From an uncultured bacterium (GTDB taxonomy: Bacteria > Margulisbacteria > WOR-1 > JAKLHX01), in NCBI GenBank assembly GCA_964633925.1, contig CAZWKB010000003.1:4598-68597 (forward strand): a DNA stretch of 64,000 bases, in the 5' to 3' direction. The position numbers and the translations under genes are program-made. This document shows positions 36,605 through 42,486 of the stretch, one piece after another. Below the pieces are notes generated by a model that was given only the letters and a program-made list of their open reading frames with translations, ran no database searches and had not been told where the DNA came from. Position 1 is the first letter of the stretch. Every line of letters starts with the position of its first letter.

Positions 36605-37547
36605 AGACAAGCTTAAGCATTTGTGGGACGTTCAGTTAGAATTTAACAGGAAGTTTTACAGGGCAAAGATAGGTAAAGAAATGGAAGACATGACTATGGA
36701 AGAAAAAGTATTTTGGTCTAAAAACCAATTGCTTTCTATAGTAAAAGAATCAATGGAAGTGCTGGATGAAATTCCGAATTGGAAAGAGCATCGCAATATT
36801 GAAACAGAATTTATTCCTTCGAATTTATATGAAGAAATAATCGATGTCAATAAATTCTCAGTAGGACTTGCACAAATCTGGGGTATGACCTTTGAAGATT
36901 ATTATGAGGAATATCTTAGAAAAAGCTGGGTTGTTGACCAGAGATGGACACAAGAACATGATTTAAAACTTATTGACAAAGACGAAAAGATTGCAGCAGT
37001 TGACATTGATGGCGTCTTAGGAGAATATCCATTTTGGTTCTTGGAGTTTGTTCGGGCGAGAGTTGGACAGAAATTTAATTCATTAGAAGAAGCAAAGGCA
37101 GGGCTTGGTACGATTTATTATGAAAGACTTAAGTCTGACTATCGCCAGTCAGGATGGAAATCTTCTATGCCTGCTTGCAAACATGCTTCAGAATTTACTA
37201 ATTTACTTCATCAAAAAGGATATAAAGTGGTAATTCTTACAGCACGCCCTTATAAGGAATATTACACTATTTATCCGGACACATTAAAGTTCCTTAAGGA
37301 AAACAATATATATTTCGACGCTATTATTTGGGATAAAGAGAAACATCTTAAAATCATAAAAGAATTTCCTAAAATGCTTTTTATGGTAGAAGATTGTATT
37401 GAGATTGCGATCGATGTTGCAAAAGAAGGTTATGTGGTTTTTCTTAAAGATTGTTATGACAATACTAATCGTATTCCATCTGAATTAAGTAATTTGATTA
37501 TACCGTTTATAGACCTTCTAGATATAGTCGAAAAGTGGAACATATAA
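36591..37547 (+). CDS. Fusion: all-alpha NTP pyrophosphatase (dimeric dUTPase/MazG-like) + HAD 5'(3')-deoxyribonucleotidase-like domain
   Basis: N-terminal half: LWDVQLEFNRKF...ESMEVLDEIPNWKEHR...EEIIDVNKF...EYLRKSWVVDQRW. C-terminal half: AAVDIDGVLGEY (DxDxV), VVILTARP and FMVEDC. Confidence 0.6.
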   Translation: MQNDKDKLKHLWDVQLEFNRKFYRAKIGKEMEDMTMEEKVFWSKNQLLSIVKESMEVLDEIPNWKEHRNIETEFIPSNLYEEIIDVNKFSVGLAQIWGMTFEDYYEEYLRKSWVVDQRWTQEHDLKLIDKDEKIAAVDIDGVLGEYPFWFLEFVRARVGQKFNSLEEAKAGLGTIYYERLKSDYRQSGWKSSMPACKHASEFTNLLHQKGYKVVILTARPYKEYYTIYPDTLKFLKENNIYFDAIIWDKEKHLKIIKEFPKMLFMVEDCIEIAIDVAKEGYVVFLKDCYDNTNRIPSELSNLIIPFIDLLDIVEKWNI

Positions 37548-37590
37548 ACATATTAGGCACCCTGTGTTTGTTAATCTAGCAGGGTTCTAG
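37548..37590 (+). repeat. 43-bp intergenic element, copy 3
   Basis: ACATATTAGGCACCCTGTGTTTGTTAATCTAGCAGGGTTCTAG. Internal ACCCTG/CAGGGT 6-bp stem. Contains a GTTAAT hexamer. Confidence 0.85.
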
Positions 37591-37624
37591 AAGGTGTATA
37601 TTTAAGGTGAAGGGGGTTTTTAAA

Positions 37625-38053
37625 ATGGCAATTTTGCTTTTCGTCGGCTGCGATAAGACTGGCAAAAGTACACTTATGAAAAATATCTTAAAAAGAACAA
37701 ACCAACATATTTGCGTGGACAGGTTTACTCCATGTCAGTATGTTTATGGGAGGCTTCATAATAAAAATTCAACTCCAAGTTTGGAAAGTTTTAGAAATTT
37801 GGAAAGTTTTTTAACAAAATCTCCTATTCCAGTTATGTTTGTTCATGTTTTTGCCGATACTGAAGATATTAAGAAAAGGTTTATAGAACATGATGAAAAA
37901 GATATTGATTTACAACAGATTGATTATGTAAAGCAACAATATAGGCAGTATTTAGAAAATACTTCTTTAAAAGTATTAAATATAAACACTTCTAAATATT
38001 GTATAGATGAGTGTATGGAACAAATTCTGTTAACAGCTGAACGCTTATTATAA
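37625..38053 (+). CDS. Small P-loop (deoxy)nucleotide kinase-like protein
   Basis: MAILLFVGCDKTGKST has Walker A at the extreme N-terminus, as in dNMP/thymidylate kinases. 142 aa. ATG 37625 follows GAAGGGGG. Confidence 0.5.
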   Translation: MAILLFVGCDKTGKSTLMKNILKRTNQHICVDRFTPCQYVYGRLHNKNSTPSLESFRNLESFLTKSPIPVMFVHVFADTEDIKKRFIEHDEKDIDLQQIDYVKQQYRQYLENTSLKVLNINTSKYCIDECMEQILLTAERLL

Positions 38054-38066
38054 GGAGAGATTTAAT

Positions 38067-39104
38067 ATGAAAGCAAAATTGGGAATGGGTGGTTACTTTG
38101 TAAATCCTGTTGACCATCCTGAAAGAATAATCAGATATGCATATGATATGCTAGATATTAGGATTTTTGATACTTCTCCAGCATATGGTGCTAGTGAAGA
38201 ATTTTTTGGGCATGCGCTTAGAGACTATCAGAGGGAGTCCTATTTATTGTCTACTAAGACAAAGGCAGCTACAGTCAAAGAACTTCATTTGTCTTTGGTA
38301 AATAGTTTAGGTAAACTCAATACTGACTATGTAGACTTTTATTTTGGCCATTCGTTTATAGATGATGACGAAACCTTGGAAAAATCTATGAACGTTTTAC
38401 ATGAGATGAAAAATATTAAGGACAAAGGGTTTATAAAAAGTGTAGGTGTTTCTGGGCATTCAGTTACTGCTGCAATGACTGCAATAGAAAGTGGATTTGT
38501 AGATATAATAATGGTACCATTTTCTTTAATGCATAGGGAGTTTGAATCTATTATTCAATGTGCAAAAGAAAAAGGAATTAGTGTAGTCACTATGAAAAAC
38601 TTCGCAAGCGGAATATTGCTTGGAGGGCCTTCTGATAATGAATTTAAACGCACTGTGACATTGCAAAAAGTTATGAATTTTTCTGCATACAATGGTGACT
38701 TAATCATTCCGGCTTATCGTTCTATAGAACAATTACAACAAATAGCAAATGCATATTGCTTTGCTGAAAAACTATCTGAAAAAGAAATTATGATTTTAGA
38801 AAATCAGATAGTTGATTTTTTTGGTTCTGACTTTTGTAGGTTTTGCAACGAATGCAGGCCATGCCAGAAATATGGTTGGGCAATGTCGCAGCCCGGTATA
38901 TTAAAATGCGCAATATATCAAGAAAAGTTTGGACTTGACATGAAAGACAGTTATGAAAAATATAAATATAATGTAAATGACTGTAAAGACTGTGACAGCC
39001 AATGTTCTTCTAATTGCCCGTTTGGAATAAATATTAAAGAGAAAATGCAACAGGCACATGATTTATTTTCAGGAGTTGATAAAGATGAAACGATATCTAA
39101 ATAA
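38067..39104 (+). CDS. Aldo/keto reductase with C-terminal Fe-S (ferredoxin-like) cysteine clusters
   Basis: AKR-like FDTSPAYGASEEFFGHAL...DYVDFYFGHS. The C-terminus carries CRFCNECRPC and CKDCDSQCSSNCP. Confidence 0.6.
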   Translation: MKAKLGMGGYFVNPVDHPERIIRYAYDMLDIRIFDTSPAYGASEEFFGHALRDYQRESYLLSTKTKAATVKELHLSLVNSLGKLNTDYVDFYFGHSFIDDDETLEKSMNVLHEMKNIKDKGFIKSVGVSGHSVTAAMTAIESGFVDIIMVPFSLMHREFESIIQCAKEKGISVVTMKNFASGILLGGPSDNEFKRTVTLQKVMNFSAYNGDLIIPAYRSIEQLQQIANAYCFAEKLSEKEIMILENQIVDFFGSDFCRFCNECRPCQKYGWAMSQPGILKCAIYQEKFGLDMKDSYEKYKYNVNDCKDCDSQCSSNCPFGINIKEKMQQAHDLFSGVDKDETISK

Positions 39105-39576
39105 GGAAGACAGATATAATACTATTATTTTAGGGACTCTCGTTGACTTCATGAATAATTTGATTATCAAGTTTGAAGAACTTAAAAGACCAAAGTCTGT
39201 AATTAAGTTTATGAAAATGTCAAGGTCATTCTGCCTAAAAGTTATAGATTGGTACTTTCAAAATCTTGATGACAAATATAAGCATGATGTAATAAATGAA
39301 ATGAAAAAACTTGAAATAATAGTAAAACAAAAGACTGAAGCCATTAGGGAATTTAAAGAAATGGAAAAAATAGAATCAAATATGGTTGTTGTTACAGAAG
39401 ATTTTTATGAAATTTGTGAATATGCTTTGCTTGTCTGTATGAAATGTAAGGCAGGCAAAGAACAAATTGCAGAATGCAAGTTAAAGGAAGCTATGATAAG
39501 AAATAACGTTCCAGTTATGCATTTGGAAATTTCTGATGATGGTTGCCCTTATAAATATAATCAGGAGGTGCTTTAA
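39085..39576 (+). CDS. Hypothetical helical protein with C-terminal Cys motif
   Basis: ATG 39085 follows AGGAG and overlaps the AKR 3' end by 20 nt. Carries CMKCKAGKEQIAEC...GCPY. Confidence 0.4.
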   Translation: MKRYLNKEDRYNTIILGTLVDFMNNLIIKFEELKRPKSVIKFMKMSRSFCLKVIDWYFQNLDDKYKHDVINEMKKLEIIVKQKTEAIREFKEMEKIESNMVVVTEDFYEICEYALLVCMKCKAGKEQIAECKLKEAMIRNNVPVMHLEISDDGCPYKYNQEVL

Positions 39577-39577
39577 C

Positions 39578-40669
39578 ATGGATGTAGTTAGAGAAAAGAC
39601 AGTTAAGAAAATATTGCCGTATGTAAAGCTTATTGAAAAAGAAGCTTTGAAAGGCCCGATATCGTTGCATATTTTAGTTACTGACTACTGCGTCAACCGG
39701 TGTAATATGTGCGGTCATTGGAAAACTAAAAATCGCAATAATTTGGACATTTCTATTTTAAAAGAAATATGGGATGACTGTAATGAAAATGAAGTAGAGT
39801 CAATCTGCTTAACTGGCGGTGACCCAATTCTCCATCCAGATTTTGATAAAATTCTGGATATGAAAAGAAATTTTGACCTTGGAATTATTTGCACAGGTAA
39901 TTTTAAAAAGAATTTCGATTTTTCGAAATTGGCAAGCTTAAGGTGGATACGCTTTTCTATTGATTCTCTAGACCCTGCTAGATACACTTTTATTAGGGGC
40001 CTCGATAATTTATATGGAACGATTTTGCCTAACGTTAGAAAGGCTCAAGAGCATCAAAAAGAGGTTGGAATAAATTTCACAATACAGAAAAGTAATTGCA
40101 TGGACATTCGCGACATTATTAAGTTTTCTGCAGAAAATAATATCTATAGACTTATGATTTATCCTATGCACGGTGATGGAAACCTCTGTATTGGTAGAGA
40201 TGAAATTGAAATAATTTTAGAACAACTAAACGATATGATAAGTAAGAACTATCACAAAAGAATACCCGAAAACAATTTGCAGTTTCTTTATGACAGCCTT
40301 ATACAGGCATATTCACAAGATGAAGATGTTAGAAAAGTGACATTCGGTAATTATCCATGCATCATAAATAAAATTCATTTAGCTATAGGTTCTGATGGAA
40401 ATGTATTTCCGTGCGAGATGATTGCTGATGATACAGATGAATATGGAGAAAGAACATTTTGGGAATTGCAAAAGTTCAGCGATTGCTTAATGGAAAGACA
40501 AACTTCATTTACAGGCCTTGGCAATGTTAATTCTGAAAGCATTATAAAAATATGGAAAAGAAATTTCAACAAAACATTCTGTTCCGGAAAATGTGATAAT
40601 TGCTTTAGTAGATATCAGCCAATAAACCAAGCATACTATGAAAATCGTAATAAAAAGGTATTTATATAA
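39578..40669 (+). CDS. Radical SAM enzyme with SPASM/twitch-type C-terminal cysteine clusters
   Basis: CVNRCNMCGHW is CxxxCxxC, with LTGGDPILHPDF following. C-terminal YPCIINKIHLAIGSDGNVFPCE and CSGKCDNCFSRY. ATG 39578 follows AGGAGGTG. Confidence 0.7.
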   Translation: MDVVREKTVKKILPYVKLIEKEALKGPISLHILVTDYCVNRCNMCGHWKTKNRNNLDISILKEIWDDCNENEVESICLTGGDPILHPDFDKILDMKRNFDLGIICTGNFKKNFDFSKLASLRWIRFSIDSLDPARYTFIRGLDNLYGTILPNVRKAQEHQKEVGINFTIQKSNCMDIRDIIKFSAENNIYRLMIYPMHGDGNLCIGRDEIEIILEQLNDMISKNYHKRIPENNLQFLYDSLIQAYSQDEDVRKVTFGNYPCIINKIHLAIGSDGNVFPCEMIADDTDEYGERTFWELQKFSDCLMERQTSFTGLGNVNSESIIKIWKRNFNKTFCSGKCDNCFSRYQPINQAYYENRNKKVFI

Positions 40670-40691
40670 AGAAAATTGCCGTCTATAATGT

Positions 40692-40720
40692 GTTAATAAA
40701 TGATTCTTTTGTGATATAAT
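40692..40720 (+). promoter_or_regulatory. Promoter (GTTAAT-N17-TATAAT, extended TG)
   Basis: TGTTAATAAATGATTCTTTTGTGATATAATAATATTATAAAC. Confidence 0.6.
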
Positions 40721-40749
40721 AATATTATAAACCAATAAAGGAGGATATT

Positions 40750-41805
40750 ATGAGTAACGAAACTACGCGTATCAATGAACTTAGGAGAGTTATGGGGACA
40801 CTTCCAGACCAAGACCCAAAACTTGAAACAAAATTTTTAAAAGGTGTTGAAGGAATTTCGGTAAAACTTATCGAATCTGTCATTGCAAACCCTTATAAAC
40901 CAATGTATATTCTGGCTACTACATGCTGGGGTAAAGAGGTAGATAAATGGGAAATGACATCGCCTGAAAACAGATTTGAAGTTGTTAAGGCAGCTTTAAG
41001 AGGCCAAGCGTTACCATTGGCATTGGAAGTACCTCAATTTGCTTTTGCAGTAGAAGGGCCATCACGTGCGGCATTCGATCAGATTGCAAGAGCAAGACTT
41101 GGTGTTGTATTTTCTGCAAGAGGTATGAGGGATAACAATTGGAAAGATGCTTCAATAAGGATTCCAACTGCACTTTGGCCAACAGAAGATGAAATTCAAA
41201 TTTTCGATGAATGGCGCAGTAATATCATCAAAACACCTACAGCAGAGCAGCAAAAAGCAATTGACAAATGCAATATTTTTTGGAATATCAAGCGTGTTAT
41301 GTGCGATGTTAAACAGACATATGCAGATATTGTTGACGTTGGTAAAGGTTCTTGGCAGGCAGCTCGCTGTGTACTACCTCTTTATGTAGTTTATGGTTTT
41401 TCGTTTTCGATTAACTTTATGGCATTGAGGAATATGTGCAGTACCAGAATGAAATTCTGCGAAATGGAAGATACAGTTGCTATTGCATGGCAAACAGCTA
41501 GGGCTGTGTCGGAAGCATATCCGTTGCTTGGTTCATTTTTAAGACCTGGTTGTGATTGGGCAGGCAAATGCCAGTACCACAAATCTTATACACTGTCTGA
41601 AATGTTTGGCTGTTTGTTTAAGGAGTGTGGAAGGAATTCATGTCCCGACAGCAATGACTATGCGGAGTTTAATGAAACATGCACAAACTATAAGGACCTT
41701 GAGGAACAGCTCGGTATTCATATTACAAGGCCCGATGAATGGCCTAATTTCGAAACTTTTGATAGCCTTCCCGATATTGAAAAAGCAAGGTTTATGGAAG
41801 ACTAA
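40750..41805 (+). CDS. Divergent ThyX-fold (flavin-dependent thymidylate synthase-like) protein with a Cys-rich C-terminal extension
   Basis: FAFAVEGPSRAAFDQIARARLGVVFSARGMR aligns to the ThyX RHRxxSxxxxSxRY motif but with RHR changed to RAR. AARCVLPLYVVYGFSFSINFMALRNMCSTR aligns to the ThyX ARxVLPL...N.R.L.NF..LR helix. 351 aa. Confidence 0.6.
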   Translation: MSNETTRINELRRVMGTLPDQDPKLETKFLKGVEGISVKLIESVIANPYKPMYILATTCWGKEVDKWEMTSPENRFEVVKAALRGQALPLALEVPQFAFAVEGPSRAAFDQIARARLGVVFSARGMRDNNWKDASIRIPTALWPTEDEIQIFDEWRSNIIKTPTAEQQKAIDKCNIFWNIKRVMCDVKQTYADIVDVGKGSWQAARCVLPLYVVYGFSFSINFMALRNMCSTRMKFCEMEDTVAIAWQTARAVSEAYPLLGSFLRPGCDWAGKCQYHKSYTLSEMFGCLFKECGRNSCPDSNDYAEFNETCTNYKDLEEQLGIHITRPDEWPNFETFDSLPDIEKARFMED

Positions 41806-41817
41806 ATTTTAATAAGG

Positions 41818-41852
41818 TGGGCCAATGAGCTTTGCGCCATTGGCCCATTTTA
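41818..41852 (+). terminator. Rho-independent terminator
   Basis: 10-bp stem TGGGCCAATG/CATTGGCCCA with a 10-nt loop, then TTTTA. Confidence 0.65.
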
Positions 41853-41870
41853 TAACAAGGAGAGACTAAT

Positions 41871-42404
41871 ATGCATGGATTAGGTTTAAGGCAAGTGATT
41901 GAAAATCTTCAATTGTTTGTAGTTGAAAAAGGAAAGCCTGTCTTAGTTGACGGACAAGGTACTATTGAAGTCCTCAATCATAGTTTTAATATTTCTTATA
42001 ACAGTCAAATTGATATTGCTGATATTAAGAAAAATATGGTTGAATATTATAATAGTCACAAGATAGACTTGAAAAGCATCGAGGAACTGGAAAAGGAAGA
42101 ATACAGTAAAATCGAAAATGAACTTTTATCAAAGTTTTCATTATTTGATGAAGATTTGCATTCCAGAAGAGTTTTATGGTCGGATGACTGTTGTATCAGT
42201 TTAATTCACTATCTCGTTCGGGATTCAAAAATTTACTGCTATGTACACCTAAGAAGCTCTGAAGTTGAACAGAAATTATTTTCTGATATGTACTTAGTGC
42301 ATAAAATAACAAGAGCTTTACAAGACAAATTAAATATAGATGTTGCAATGATTTTTGTAAATGGGCATAGTATGCATAAGCTTGTATTTAAAGTTAATGA
42401 GTAG
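41871..42404 (+). CDS. Truncated ThyA-fold enzyme (thymidylate synthase / dCMP hydroxymethylase superfamily), 177 aa
   Basis: Ungapped match to the E. coli ThyA core: Cys108 = C146, exactly 20 residues before Arg128-Ser129 = R166-S167; Asp139 = N177; His169 = H207 (GHSMHKL against GGDTHLY). SRR = R126/R127. Confidence 0.65.
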   Translation: MHGLGLRQVIENLQLFVVEKGKPVLVDGQGTIEVLNHSFNISYNSQIDIADIKKNMVEYYNSHKIDLKSIEELEKEEYSKIENELLSKFSLFDEDLHSRRVLWSDDCCISLIHYLVRDSKIYCYVHLRSSEVEQKLFSDMYLVHKITRALQDKLNIDVAMIFVNGHSMHKLVFKVNE

Positions 42405-42423
42405 GTTTTGCCCAATCATAAAT

Positions 42424-42465
42424 GGCCCTGTCGTATATCTTGACTGCATGGAATGCGACAGGGCC
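42424..42465 (+). promoter_or_regulatory. GC-rich 10-bp perfect hairpin between the TS-like gene and the polymerase gene
   Basis: GGCCCTGTCG (42424-33) pairs with CGACAGGGCC (42456-65); 22-nt loop; no T-run. Confidence 0.5.
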
Positions 42466-42486
42466 TGCATTAAAGAGGTGAATAAA

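Noticed and set aside
6854-37590. The 43-bp inverted repeats as ends of an invertible DNA segment or composite transposon
   Set aside because: They bracket 30.7 kb of essential, co-oriented structural, lysis and replication genes. Inversion would break operon logic. No invertase, transposase or integrase is present in the window.
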